Shown here in pieces: positions 12,351 through 25,041 of a stretch of DNA of 64,000 nt (the stretch's first letter is position 1; each line of letters starts with the position of its first letter). This DNA comes from Lepidodermella squamata (lineage: Eukaryota; Animalia; Gastrotricha). Made by a program: the position numbers and the translations under genes. The notes below the pieces were generated by a model. That model was not told where the DNA came from. It ran no database searches and saw only the letters and a list, made by a program, of their open reading frames with translations. The DNA lies in assembly GCA_047495785.1 (NCBI GenBank), contig JBLDXI010000032.1, positions 3,162,001 through 3,226,000 of the forward strand. The letters are read 5' to 3'.

Positions 12351-13423
12351 GGCGGGGCAATTTTCCATAGAAGCAATTTTCCGTGAAAACAACCGCAAAA
12401 ATGATGCGTGAATTAAATCGCGGTATCGAAAAATGAATAAATAGCAATGCTTTTTGCAAAACTTTAGTGAAAATATTAGGCTGGATTTTTTATTTTAGAA
12501 ATTCACCCTTGCTGTCTAGCTATTCTACCCGGTCCGGCTCGTTTTGTCCCACCGAACGATAACATACATAGTGGATTCGCGTCGAACATAACGCGTTATG
12601 TACTCCTTCGAATCCAATATATACTATTATTTTCAAAACAATACACGAGTCATTTTATTCTCAATTGCTAGTAAGTCCCCCGTGAAGCATGCCGTATTAA
12701 TTTATTTATTTTTATTGCCGGCCATTTCCTGATCAGAACTTTCGCCCTCCGCTAGCGATTCTCTGCCGCTGAGACGCACATTTGCTGGACATAAATCCAA
12801 AATGGTCAGATTCTATCAGAAATTTCCGATAGCACCGTCCGAAGGCTAACTATTATGAATTGCGTTTCAGTATGTATATTGCATTGATAATTCTGGAAGT
12901 TGAGTTTGTCAGAAGTCTCGCCGCACACTCATCGCTTCCATCACAGTACCTTTCAGTACCAAAAGTCAGCCGTGCTCATCAGTCGGGCCGATAAGATTCA
13001 GAGATGTTCACGGTTTTTACCGCAGTTTTTACCGGTTTTTACCAGGTTTTTATTTCACCCGAAAAACACCGCCGCCTGAATAAACGATTTTCGGACTTCA
13101 AACCTGTCTATGCGAAGTGTATATAGAGGCTTAATCGTATTAAACTACTCATCAAGCGACCTATGTTCATAACCCTATTGTTGGCGCGTCGAAGATTTAG
13201 CGGAAAAAGCCAGCGGATAGGCTGAGTAAAGAGAGATATACAAAGCGGCCTTTGTCGAATCGCTGGCTTGTTAACTGGGATGGAAGTTTTTATGATTTTT
13301 AAATTGCGAAAAGATTTGGGTACCCTTCCGCTTATGTGCTCCTACTATAGCATTTGTCTTATTCTCAAAAATAGAAAAGCAGCGAAACATCTTCGTATGC
13401 ATTTGTAAACCAAATGTGGGGTT

Positions 13424-13876
13424 AATCTTCTTTCATCTAACCAAAATCTTTTTTCATCTAACCGGGCTGGAAAACGCAGTACGGGTCTAAATTAACCCTT
13501 CATACAATCAGGATCGGGGCTAAACTTGTTTTTTTTATTTTAGTAGCTAGGTCTTATGTGTTTTATCCCATTTTACGCATCCCAGCCGCCGGGTAGACGT
13601 TATAGTTGATTTTTTCGCTCTGGTCCCGGATGAAGCTATTTTAGCAGAGTGATTGAGCGGCTCTCATCGAATCTCTCTCGGTAAAGCATTTAAATTGGCA
13701 AAATTAGGGGTGGAACTTGACAGGAACATCCCAGGACATTGGGACAATACTTAGGAGGAATAATTCCAACTTTAAAGCGAAAGAAAAATGATTTTTACCT
13801 GAGTTATTGAAGGGTCGAATCCCTGGTTAGATGGAAAAAGATATTTGGTTAGATGAAAAAAGATTTTGGTTAGATG
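13424..13876. repeat. Foldback-like element: inverted arrays of a ~21-bp unit (aatcttttttcatctaaccaa) enclosing a piggyBac-like MITE
   Basis: Two units at 13424-13463 and their reverse complements (2-3 units) at 13825-13876. Confidence 0.65.
13496..13814. mobile_element. Decayed piggyBac-like MITE
   Basis: TTAA|CCCTTCATACAATCAGG ... CCTGAGTTATTGAAGGG|TCGA: imperfect TIR; the right TSD is mutated. Confidence 0.55.
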
Positions 13877-14769
13877 TGGCTACAATTTCTGCGCATTTTC
13901 TCAGCCGTGACTCTTCGGTGGTCATTTTTCAGCAGAATATGTATCAAGCCGCGTCGGAGTTTGGTCGGTTGGAGACAAAAAATGTTTTATTTTGCCCCTT
14001 CTCTTCCAATTTTTACATAAAAGCTATCATTCATGCATAAAACCACAAAAATAAAAGAATGTTAGAAAAATCGAACGAAGCTTTTTCTAAAACCAACTTA
14101 GATGTTTAGGATTCGGCGTGAACAGCTCGGCTAGTGTGCAAATTTGCGCGCAATTATCGCGAAAATGGGGACATGACAAGGAGTTCGCTATAAGCGAAAA
14201 GCGGTTCGATTCCTGTAATTGCGGCAATTTACGCAGTTTACGCTTCCCCGAAAACTAAATTATTTCTTCACACAGTTATGACATTTCTATCTAACTGCCT
14301 TTTCCTTTACGGCGAGCCATTTTGGCGCCGTAGCATTTTTTAAATTCGCCCAGACTTGAAATTTGCGAAATCTAACAAAACAGCATAGCATAAATCAAGG
14401 ACTCGCATTGGCCAATTACCTAAATATGAGCGGGACATGAAGGGTCACGTGAACGGTGATAAAAAACCAGGTAACTGCAACAGATAGCAGTTTTCTTGTA
14501 GATCACGTGTTAAAGGTTTCACAACACGAAATAATGTAGTGCTCCCTGTTCCCTGGGTTCCCTGGGATCCCAGCTGTTAGTTGCATACCCTGGAGCCGGC
14601 CCGCCTTTCACCACCTGGTCTCCCTGGGTTCCCAAAGTTACCAATAACATAGCGTTCTGGCTGATTTTAGAGTTTAGTTTCCAGCCTGACGGGTTCCGGA
14701 GACTCACCTTCCCGAGTCACGTTGTCAATGATTTTCTATAAGACTTTTTCTTTATTGTATAAATATCAT

Positions 14770-15152
14770 TGCATAATAAAAACAGAATCAGGAAGGCTGT
14801 TCCAAATAGGCAAGACACGATTTATAAAATAATTAAAAAAAAATAGGTTTGGTAGCGTTACGATAAGTTCCGTTAGGTAGGCAAAACATAAGGCGATGAG
14901 AATAACCACGAGTATTGGAATTCACTAGCTATAGATTAAGTGAGATGGACGAATCGATTTGATTGTTGTATATTTTGAAAAGAAGATAGAGATCTAAGTG
15001 AATGCGACGTGTTTCGAGTGAGTCAAGTTTTAAAATTCGAAGCCGTTCTTTGTACGAGGGACGATTTGGGTCATAAGAATTAAAACCAAGGGCGTGACGG
15101 GTAACATATTTTTGAACTTTTTCGGTGAGCTCTACATAAAAATTTTTGTACG
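14770..15152 (-). mobile_element. CR1/L2-type LINE 3' fragment (ORF2 C-terminus)
   Basis: EKVQKYVTR...PSYKERLRILKLDSLETRRIHLDLYLLFKI followed, after stops, by NYFINRVLPIWNSLPDSV; the typical post-RT tail of CR1-group LINEs. Confidence 0.85.
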
Positions 15153-15360
15153 GTGACCATAGTCGGGATAACTCTGTTAATAGTTTTCCTGATTCTAACA
15201 AATATCATCCTGATTCTCAAAATGATCGTCTTGTTGACGCGAACTGTCGATGCTGTTAGAGAAAATTCGATAAGATTGTGGCGCTTTCATATCTATCATA
15301 TCATATATTCATATCAATCACCTATCAATTGCCGCCATATAAACCGACGTGATGGAACTA

Positions 15361-15456
15361 GGCGGACCATTTATAAACCGGAAAGTACCGTTCCCGCAAG
15401 ATCACCGAAGTTGAACCGCGCCAGTCCTAGCTAGTACTTGGTTGGGCGACGGTCTG
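15361..15456 (+). pseudogene. 5S rRNA-derived sequence (pseudogene or SINE3-like head)
   Basis: GACCAT...GAAAGTACCG.TTCCCG..AGATCACCGAAGTTGAAC...TAGTACTTGGTTGGGCGACGGTCTG aligns by eye to the 5' ~95 nt of metazoan 5S rRNA, including box A and box C (TACTTGGATGGGAGAC-like). The 3' end is missing. Confidence 0.7.
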
Positions 15457-16074
15457 ATCATTTTGATCTCGTAAAAGCACGGTAAAATTATTATAAGCTA
15501 GCTCGTAAAAACACGGCAAACATAAATCGAAGAAAAATTGGTTTTTGAGAGGTCGTACAAACCACGGCAAATGCACGGTAAATGCACTCTTAAATGCACT
15601 CTTACGGCAAATAGATCACGGCAAAAATACGGTAAAAAAGGGCAGCACAGCGATAGGTGAGTGAAATTAAAAAAAAATCCACCCTATTAATTTTTATCAA
15701 TTTTAGAGGAATATTTTTCGCCCACTGATTTCCATAGAGAACAGATCAGAGTGCGCACTCACGCTTTTCTCTTGAAAAAAACTTTTTTTAGTGTGCGCGC
15801 ATCTTTTTTTAAAACGTGCATGTAACGTGCATTTTACATGATAATTTTGTGTTTTTCAACATTTTTGCGCGGAAATCGGCCGTCAAGTATTTTCTGTCCA
15901 GTGATACCTTCCGAATAATTCGATCCTGCTCTTTCACATGAGCACTGCAAAACTTGTTGCCAACAATTATAACTTAATTAATGGCATTAAATGAAAAAAA
16001 TCAAGTTCCGTCCATTGCTTTATTGAGGTCTGATTAATAAAAAATTAGTTGTGATATTAAAATTCATCATCTGT

Positions 16075-16515
16075 TCACAGCTTTATTCCACCGCGATTGG
16101 ATGTAGGATAAAGCTTGTCATTGTCCTCGTCGTCGTCGTCACTGCTATCACTGCTGTCATCGTCGGAATTATCGCTGCTGTCGTCGTCATTTCCGGCGTC
16201 TTCAGGAATGTTAGCGCCGTTTAGGGGGCTGTCATTCAGTAACACTGGCACGCTGTCAGTGTCATCGTCATCTTCCTCGCTACTGCTTGAAGAGCTGCTA
16301 TCATCGTCATCGTCATCGTCGCCATCATCACCGACTACAACTGGGACCAGAATGGCATTTGGAGCACCAGCAACAGCTACATCAGTATCATCGAAGGGGT
16401 CTTCTTCCGAAGAGAGATCCGCGCTAACTACAACGCCGGCATTACTCACCAATACTGAGGCGTATTGACCGGCGAAACTGGCGAACAGAACGAGGGCTAA
16501 TAGCGAAAATTGCAT
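16075..16515 (-). CDS. Secreted Asp/Ser-rich acidic protein 2 (146 aa)
   Basis: Close paralog of 5616-6008: same signal peptide, NAILVPVVV, SSSSSSSEE, DSSD repeats, C-terminal LYPTSNRGGIKL. TATATAAA upstream (~16573-16580, - strand). Confidence 0.88.
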   Translation of the reverse strand: MQFSLLALVLFASFAGQYASVLVSNAGVVVSADLSSEEDPFDDTDVAVAGAPNAILVPVVVGDDGDDDDDDDSSSSSSSEEDDDDTDSVPVLLNDSPLNGANIPEDAGNDDDSSDNSDDDSSDSSDDDDEDNDKLYPTSNRGGIKL

Positions 16516-18557
16516 TGTTGAGGATTAAAAATGGAAGGATTAAAGAATAAGTACTTCTGCCAAAACATGGCAGTTTATATAGAGGATGGCCGCATTCTTC
16601 CTTCAACCCTGTGTTTAAACGTTTTTTTAGTCGAATGTGAAGGAAAATAACTTTCCGTTAATTTTCCTTTTTTATTCTCATTCACCAATTTGGCTGTTGT
16701 TATGAAATTTGCGAGTTCTCAAATTAGCTTGATTATTTTGGATATTTATACGGAAAAAAGTATAAATTTTCCCGCTGCCTGGGTGTTTTATCGAGTGCCT
16801 ACGGCTATGACGTCAAGCGTCGAGCAGCCAAGTTGTTTTCAAGAAAAAATATTCGCATTCTTGTGATCGCCATCTTGCCGTTGGATTTTGTTTATTTTAC
16901 TGAGTACACGTTACAATTATACACGTGCGCCTGCCGGTCACGCCATGACAAAAAATGAGAAAGCTTAATCATGCCCTACTTTGTTATTTTTCGTCGATAA
17001 AAATGGAAGACTAATTTTGAACAATTCAACTGAACAACTGAAAAAACAGGCTTCAATTTTGTATGGAAATTGAATCAAGAAGGAAAAAAAAATACTTGAT
17101 AATTATAACGTTGAACAATGGATTGGAATAGATATGACACGGCTATGATATTGTTTACAAGCCGCGGCTCTTTTAGCAGCTACTAAAACGAATTGAGAAT
17201 GCATATTTGCCACTATTTTTGACGGAGACATGACCACGTCAGCCTTCTCAAGAGGCACATCTGAGCCCCCGATGACCCAACATAGGCGTCAGGACCAATA
17301 TTGTCGATGTTTGCTGACATTATTATTCACTCTTAGAGTATAGCGCAAAAGCTGACAAAAATTTGCATCAGATACGCGTGCCAATTTGCCATAATATAAA
17401 TGAGGTCAGTGACGCACTTATACAGGTGAACGCGTTGACAAAACGGCTGTTTCCAGTCTCAGTTTTTTGTTACACTATTTGCCCATTATTTTCCTCTCAC
17501 ATCTTGGCAGGTGAGAAAAAACCGAATATTTTAACATTTTTCATAACCTTTGGAAATCGGATGGAATACCTCATTGATAACGCGTACTTCCATTAGCATC
17601 TGAGGGCAGCTTCCTCGCTCGATATTCACTAATGTGGAACTGAAAAATGGGTTTATACCGTGGTATTATTGACTCACCGAACAGCTTTGAGCAATCAAAT
17701 TTACATTACATTACTGCCATCTCCACCATCCGTGACAAATTGCATCGGCTTCGTGCCCATATTCCGGAATGATCGGCAATAACTGCGCAGTTTTAACCCA
17801 GCAAATGCCTTTTCGATGGTTGGGGTCAACTATCATTTCCTTTAGCCGATTATTCAGTTGAATATGTTTGCTACCAATCCTTAATTACAGCTTTGCGAAA
17901 TCGCTATACCTGTTTTGGTTTCAAATAATTTTAAGGAAACTGTTACCTAGGTGCATATTATATAAATACATTTTTACTAGTAATGGGTACTTGTTTTGTG
18001 GCGATCTCTGGCACTGATCCGAAGAGATATTGCTCCCGAGAGTAAGGTAAATCATGAATGTATACTTGAACGTAAATCTGGGCGCCTAGTAACGGTAATG
18101 CTAAATAATAGTACTGTACCTATGCAATTTGCATCATAAATAGCCTAGTTTCCTGTCTTGTTTACCCGTTATATTGCCGGAAATGTTTATTCGCCTTCAT
18201 ATTTTTTGATATCTTAATGGCTGAAATCTCTTGACGCCAGCGCAAGTAGGAACACGCGTCAGCAAAATTACAAGTATATCGGCACGTGGCACGTGGTTCA
18301 AGCATCAGAACACTACGCGCGCCTTACTATGCGCGCAATAAATACGAGTGCGTGCTTTTTTGTAACGAGCGCGCTACAAAATTCGCATGAATGATCGCGC
18401 ATACGCTGGGTAAACAACATCGGCTACCTCAATAATTCATCGCAATCATAAAAATAATTTATTGTCAGATTATCATGTCTTCATCGTAAAATTTCTAGTT
18501 ATTATTCCGAACCCAAATCAGTTGAACGAAAATTAAACTGGCTGAAATCGGCGAAAA

Positions 18558-21500
18558 ATGCGAAATATTCCGCACGTAAGTCCGTAGAAATATTAAAAAA
18601 AATTGGCAAAAAATGTTTCCAACTTTAGGTTGAGCAATTCGCTTCGACGAAATTCAAATATCGGCGATGCAAGCGGTATTCGAGGATCAACTTGACGAAA
18701 GAAGCTCTCACAAAAACAGAACGGCAGTATTTCAACGAGGAAGACTGCGTTTGCGGGCAAAGTTTGGACTGGCACCGGCAGATCGGGCTAGAAATTCCAT
18801 CCGATGAATTTTTCGGCGGCCAGTCTACGCCATGGACTATTGAACAAGACACGCGGGTGCTACAATGCGATGTTTTTGGCGAGTTGATGTTTCGAGCTGG
18901 AGACGGGGTCCACTCGACGGAAATTCTACCTGGGGCTTCGGCGAAATATGTTCGAATCGACGGCCACTCAACAGACCCCGATTACTTAGAGAGCATCTAC
19001 CAGTTTATGACTGATGAACGACTTTGGGCGATGAAAAAGCCGGGTTTACTCATGGAAATTACCGGGTCGATGAATGATTTCCCGCATATAGATCAAATTG
19101 CGCTCAACAAATTCAACGATGGCCTACTTAAAGCGGCAAATAGTGCAAGTGAGTAGTAAAATTCTCTGTTTTTCAATGTTTTCAAAAATTTTAAAATTTT
19201 AAAATTTAATTATAATTTCTTACAATTTTTTTATCAATTATTAATTATTAATTATTATACAATTATTAATTTAATTAGATGCTTGGATTGTCACAACTGG
19301 AGTTAATCGGGGCGTGATGAAATTGGTCGGGCAGGCCGTAGCTCAGACTCGAATGGCCCATATGGACACGAATATCACGTGCTTGGGCATCGCTTCATGG
19401 GGCACGGTGAAATACCGCGATACTCTCGTTCCAAGGTTCGCATCAGAATTTTCCCGCGTAATTCGACGCCCCGCACAAACGAAGTTCAAATCCGTCCAAT
19501 CGCAGCCTCTGCTGGCAGAAAATCCGGACGAAGTGACCATTCGCCATGGAAAATGGGGCGTAGACTATTTTATCGACACGAAAGATGCGAACGGTGCTCA
19601 AAATTTAGATCAAAATCATAATTATTTTCTTCTGATCGATAACGGACGCGATAAACGATTCGGCGAGGAAATCACGTTCCGAGCTCGTTTGCTGGACCAC
19701 TTCTCGAAAAAGACACTGCCCGGCAGTGGTGTTGCGACTCGAGATGCAGCTGATGAAGCTTCTTCAACGCCAAGTTTACTCATCGTGATAGGCGGAGGGG
19801 CAACAGCCCTGAGGACAGTTGAAGAGACGTTGTCTGTCCAGAGGCCATCGTCAGTTCTTGATCTGAAACGATCGCCTCGTCCTGTTATTGTGCTCAAGGG
19901 ATTTGGAGGTATTGCCGATATAATAGCCTTCGCCTACGAAATAACTGGCAAAAAGGAGGAGAGGTATAACGAAGAAGATAAAAACAAGCCGAAAAAGCCA
20001 AAGTTTTACATGCAAAAATCTATTGGAAAGTGAGTTAATATAGCCAATCTTCGTTCCCCCTATTTATCCGATTTTTCAGGGCCAAGACCAATTCAGACTA
20101 TGAAACGTCATTCCCCGATGATTTCGATGCGAAATTAACTGAACATGCCGAAATGCAGTGGATGCTGATGCAGCTACCCGAGGAAGAGCGGTCGATTCAA
20201 GCAATGCGTTACTGTAAAGTTGTTCGAAACTGTTTATCCGATAGGAGAATGGTAGAAATTGGTTGACCCATTCCCTGGCAATTTTTTGTCAATTTTTTAT
20301 TTTGATAGATTACAGTTTTTGACATTTTTTCGGATAATTATGCTGGCAGTATGGATTCGCTCGATCGGGACATTCTTCATGCCATTTTCAAGGCCGAACT
20401 CGGCGGGCCAGAGGTCATGTTTGAACTTGCCCAAATTTGGAACAGGGCTGATATTGCGAAAAATATTCTGCGAGAAAGCTGCAACTTGATAAAGGCAATA
20501 TATTAAAAAATCATTAAAGAGGCTTTTTAATTTAATTTAAAAAATTTTGAAATTTCAGAAATCTATGGACTGTAAGGAAGCGATGCTTCGTGCTGTTTCA
20601 AATGGCCAAGGCAAGTTTTGCAAGCTGTTCGACGACTACAACTTGGTTCACTCGAAAACGTTCGTAAATCGCACGATTATGGCCGAAATTTACGACCGAG
20701 CTTTCGTGAAGAGATCTGCTAAGATTAACAAATCAGCTGTCAGCTTGTTTAGAGGCTTCCTTTTCGAGCACATGGTAAAACTAAATTTCCTTACTGAAAT
20801 TTTAATGAATTTTGAGGATTTCCCAGGGCGAAGAGGACGAAGAGCTTCATCGTGAAAAATTGCTCAAAATGGTCGGCTCGATTTTATCGGCGAAACTCGG
20901 CTGTTACATCGACAATTTGTTCACTGAAGAGCTTATACCGATCAGTGGTAAAACCCGCGAGGAAGTTGAAGAAGAGGAATTACCACCCACACCTGTGCCT
21001 GTACCTCGGGCGGGGATGAATAGGCGAGTTGGTGCTAAGCTAATACATTCTCTAACGCGGCCAACACCTCCCCCGCCGCCTCCGAAAAAAGTCGTTGCTG
21101 AAACAGAGGAATCGGATGAAAATACGACCCCTTACTTAGCAGGCCTTCGAGATCTTTTCCTTTTTTCTTTGCTCATCAATTCGAAGGACATGGCTCTCAT
21201 GTATTGGTACCACGGCCAGGACCATCTCGGAACCGCCCTGTTCGCAGCGAAAATTCTTCAAACCTTGGCTAGTGATGCGGCTAAATCTGGTCTGATCGAT
21301 TTAGCCATGGAATTCGAAGATCTAGCCGCCGAATGGCGGAAAAAAGCCCTTGATGTCTTAACAATTTGTTACGACGACAATCCAGAACGGACCTATCGAT
21401 TGTTGATTCGAAGTCTGGGAACGTGGCAGGGTTATTCAGTGCTTGAAATCGCCTATCACACGAAACAGCAAGAATTCATGGAACACCCTGCGGTTCAAAC

Positions 21501-23113
21501 AATGTTGAATCAACTGTGGTTTGGCCGAGTTGCTCCATTTTCCGATTTCAAATTAGTTTATTTATCAACAATTTGCTGGCCAGTAGTTTTCAAACTGCAA
21601 TTTCTGTCTGATTCGGCCCTTGAAAGCCAAGAAAAGGCGAATAACCCGGATAATGCAGACACTGAAGTCGAAGATCAAAATGGCGCTAATCAAACTCAAA
21701 ACCGCCGTCGATATGTTGGAGTTTCGTGGCTGAAAAAGAAGAAGACCGAAACAATCCCTGTCTTCAAAGGAATTTATTCCGTCTATTCGTCGCCGAAAAC
21801 TAAATTTTTCCTACATGCTGTTTTGACGTTCATTTCTCTTTTGGCGTTTTCGTACTTCATCATCACCGGTCCTGATCCTCATGATGTTACCTGGCTGGAG
21901 GCTTACATCTGGGCCTGGGCGTTCATTTCATTCGCCGATCGAGTTCGGGAGAGTATCGAGGAACAAATGCTGAACCAATTTCACGAACGGCTTGCCTATT
22001 TCTTCTCGCAAATGTGGAACGTAACTGAATTGATCGGGCAAGTTTGCCTTGGATTTTCCTTCCTCAGCCGCATGGCCTTACCCCAGGAATATTTTGTCTA
22101 TGCAAGGACTATTTACGCCGTTGCTTGTTTGGTCTACTGGGTCCAAGCGTTTCAAATACTCTACGTATCGCAATCTCTCGGGCCGAAAGTCATTACGCTG
22201 TTCAAAATGCTGCAAGATCTCTACTTCTTTCTTGTCCTTTATTTCATTTTACTGGTTTCGTTTTCCGTACCGATTTACGTTTTAATGTACCCGCATCAGT
22301 CTAACAATACCTCGCACTTGACGTCGACTATCTGGAAATTATTCAACATTTTGTACTCGCGGTGGTGGAATTTAGCTGGGATCTCGATGGATGAAAGCCG
22401 GAGTGAAATCGAAGGGACTTGCAAATTAGCCCAATCAGCTCAAACTTCTTTGTTGTTGAAATCTGTCAATTTAACTGAAGTCCCTCATGATCATATCCAT
22501 AATGGAACTGAAGAGGAAGTTATGGAAACGACCACCCCGGGAATCCCAACTGCCGCTGTGGTTTGTTCGGAGAAAAACGTGGTCGGCATCGCGCTGTTGA
22601 TTATTTTCCTGATTTTTACGAATATCATGCTTTTGAATATGCTAATTGCCATGTTGACGCGAACTGTCGACGCCGTTCGCGAAAATTCCATCAGATTGTG
22701 GAGGTTTCATATTTACCGAATTACGTATCAATTTTTCGGAAAACCCCTATTGCCAGCTCCATTATCTGTCTTTGAAATGATTTATCGACTTGTCCGACGT
22801 TTTGCTCATTTTGTCACTTCGAAACGCGTCAGCACAGCAATAAGTGAGCAAATTAATAAAAAAAATCTTCCTTAATTTTTTTGCAATTTTTTCAGAGGAA
22901 TATTTCGAGCCGACGGATTTCGAGTACCAAAAGTTGTCGCTTTTCGAGCGAAGTGCAACGGCTGATCTGGCGGAACTGAACACCGATGAGCCGGAGGAGA
23001 CTTCGAAAGCAGCTATTTTGAATCGCCTCAAAATGGTACATCAACGCCTCGATCGAAAGCTGGATAAGGTTGAGGCGAAAATTCTCGACCTAACATCGCA
23101 ATCATCTTCTTGA
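18558..23113 (+). CDS. TRPM-like cation channel, copy 2 (8 exons, ~1365 aa)
   Basis: Exons 18558-18575, 18629-19148, 19279-20029, 20080-20251, 20309-20494 (GC donor), 20559-20774, 20827-22843, 22896-23113 (4098 nt, in frame). Closest paralog of copy 1, with the same motif set. Confidence 0.93.
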
Positions 23114-23290
23114 AAAATCAAATTGGCCGATATATTTCGGAATTGTGTTCCTCCGTGTCTCCCATCAGAGTGCTACCTTGATGTATTGCTTCAAAGAATG
23201 ATTGTTAATAAAAATATTTTAAATTTGAACCAACATTTTAACTCTTTGGTAAAATTGAAAAAATTTCATTTCTTGAAAAAAAATTGATAT

Positions 23291-24640
23291 GACCGTTAAC
23301 AAGTGAAAAGTGGGGTCTGGCGATTTTTTTTTAAATTTTCCTGCCAATCACACTTCAAGATGGACGATTCTTGGATTCAAAGATTTTCTGGAGGGTTCTA
23401 AATTTTCAAATTGTAATTGAAATTGTAATCATCGTAATTGATACAGGTTGTCGTAGAGACACTAGCTCGATCCCAACAACATTTTTGAATAACATCTCGC
23501 AAGATTCCTCACCTCAGATTAGCTCAAAAAACATCGACTGCGCATGAGAAAAAACCAGAATTTATTGCGTGGGGGATTATTAATTGATGCAGTAGCACAT
23601 TTTCCGGCCCGCCGGCGTTTCCTCCGCGCGCGTGCTCCTATTGGTTGGCTCGTTTTACGCGTAAATACGCCTCGCTCGCATTTATTGCGCAACAAATAAT
23701 TGCAGCCCTCCGTCGCGCGCGCGCGCAGGAAAATGTACAAGTCCGAAATTCAGGAGAATAACGGCGCGCTAGGGGTTGGATATGCGTGGTGGGTGGAATA
23801 AAAGGCGAAATTTTCGTATTTTCGCTTTTTTTTCATTGGTATTTCAAGTTGATTTTAAATTTGAACAGAATTTTCCCTGAAGTGTGCAACTTAACATCAC
23901 CCTAAAATAGCCTTATAAATAGCGCGCCTAAATGGCTATTTCCAGTTTATTTATTTTTTAATTTCATAATTTTTCATGAAAAAGCGTGTTCTTCGAAAAA
24001 AATCCATCGCATCCTTTCTCTTAAATCAACTTTTTAAATTCTTATTGCCGGTGTTTTTGGATACGAACAGATAAGTCATCAAATAAAGACGTGTAGGCCG
24101 CCACGATGCAGTAAATTTTGTTGTCGTATTAACAATACCAAGATGGGCATATATATTTTTGTTGGAAAGCATGCAGCATGATTGTCTTCGACTTAGCAAA
24201 CTGTCTTAGACTTGGCGCACGGGCCTTGTGACTAATACCACTAATACCTTGGAGTAATAGTACCTTGTCTATTCCTCCAAGACTAATACACACTTGTGGT
24301 ATTAGTCACAAGGCACGGGCGCCCAGGGCGCGTTCGAATGCGCGCGCGCGGGGGTAGGCTATAATTATCTTGGTATGTTGCGTAATAAGCCCCAACCAAT
24401 AGGAGCGCGCGCGCGGAGGAAACACCGGCGGGCCGGAAAATGTGCGATGCAGTAAAAAAACTTGATTTTTCAAGCGCGCAATTTTTCTCGAAATTAGCAA
24501 TTTTCACCTGTAAACGTTGAAGCCCATTTTTTCAGCTACCCTGAACCTATTTTTATATCGTTCGACTCCTCATTCATCAATCTTGAAAGCGGCATAAAAA
24601 TCTCACGATGCTAAACCCCTCTTTTTACTTGTAAACTGTC
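23291..24640. mobile_element. Sola1-like non-autonomous element, longer copy in opposite orientation with internal GC-rich inverted repeats
   Basis: Termini GACCGTTAACAAGTGAAAAGTGGGGTCTGGCG / ...CCCCTCTTTTTACTTGTAAACTGTC, flanks ATAT/ATTT. Internal blocks are the reverse complement of 4950-5060 and 5190-5410. Internal inverted repeat ~23590-23670 / ~24370-24452. Confidence 0.75.
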
Positions 24641-25041
24641 ATTTTTCATTTTTGCTTAAAACTCAAACGAACGGCATACGTGTAATAACATCGAAGATCC
24701 AAGAGGTTACGCACATTTTCATTCAGCCACTGGGAAAGTAGCGATGCATATAATTTGCTTAATGACCATGTTAACCGCCTCCTTGAAATTTCAATGATAC
24801 CAACGTGTAAATGGCCGGCAAGAGTGTGGTCAGATTAAAAATAAAAAATGAAGTGCAATTTTTTGTAAAAAAAAAATCAACACAAAAATTCAAGGTTCTG
24901 CTTTATTCTTTCATGCACAAAATTATCCGTAGCAAAAATACGTCGGCGAGAGGTTTTTGATGAATAATATAAATAAATCAATTCGATGATCACAATTGAA
25001 AGATGACGCTCTCAAAAATCAAAATTGAAGATAAATTCAGT

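Larger units (their letters stand above)
14193..15731 (+). pseudogene. Fragmented partial TRPM duplicate (3' part of copy 1)
   Basis: 14193-14307 matches copy 1 ~3519-3635 with a frameshifting deletion. 15160-15330 matches the S6/TRP helix (~4360-4512). 15643-15731 matches the last intron and start of the last exon. The pieces are separated by a LINE and other insertions. Confidence 0.85.

Noticed and set aside
15319-15659. Apparent CACCTATC...GATAGGTG terminal inverted repeat around the 5S-like insert
   Set aside because: Both halves align to ordinary TRPM copy 1 sequence (TACCTATCAATT and GCGATAAGTGAGT), so the symmetry is coincidental.
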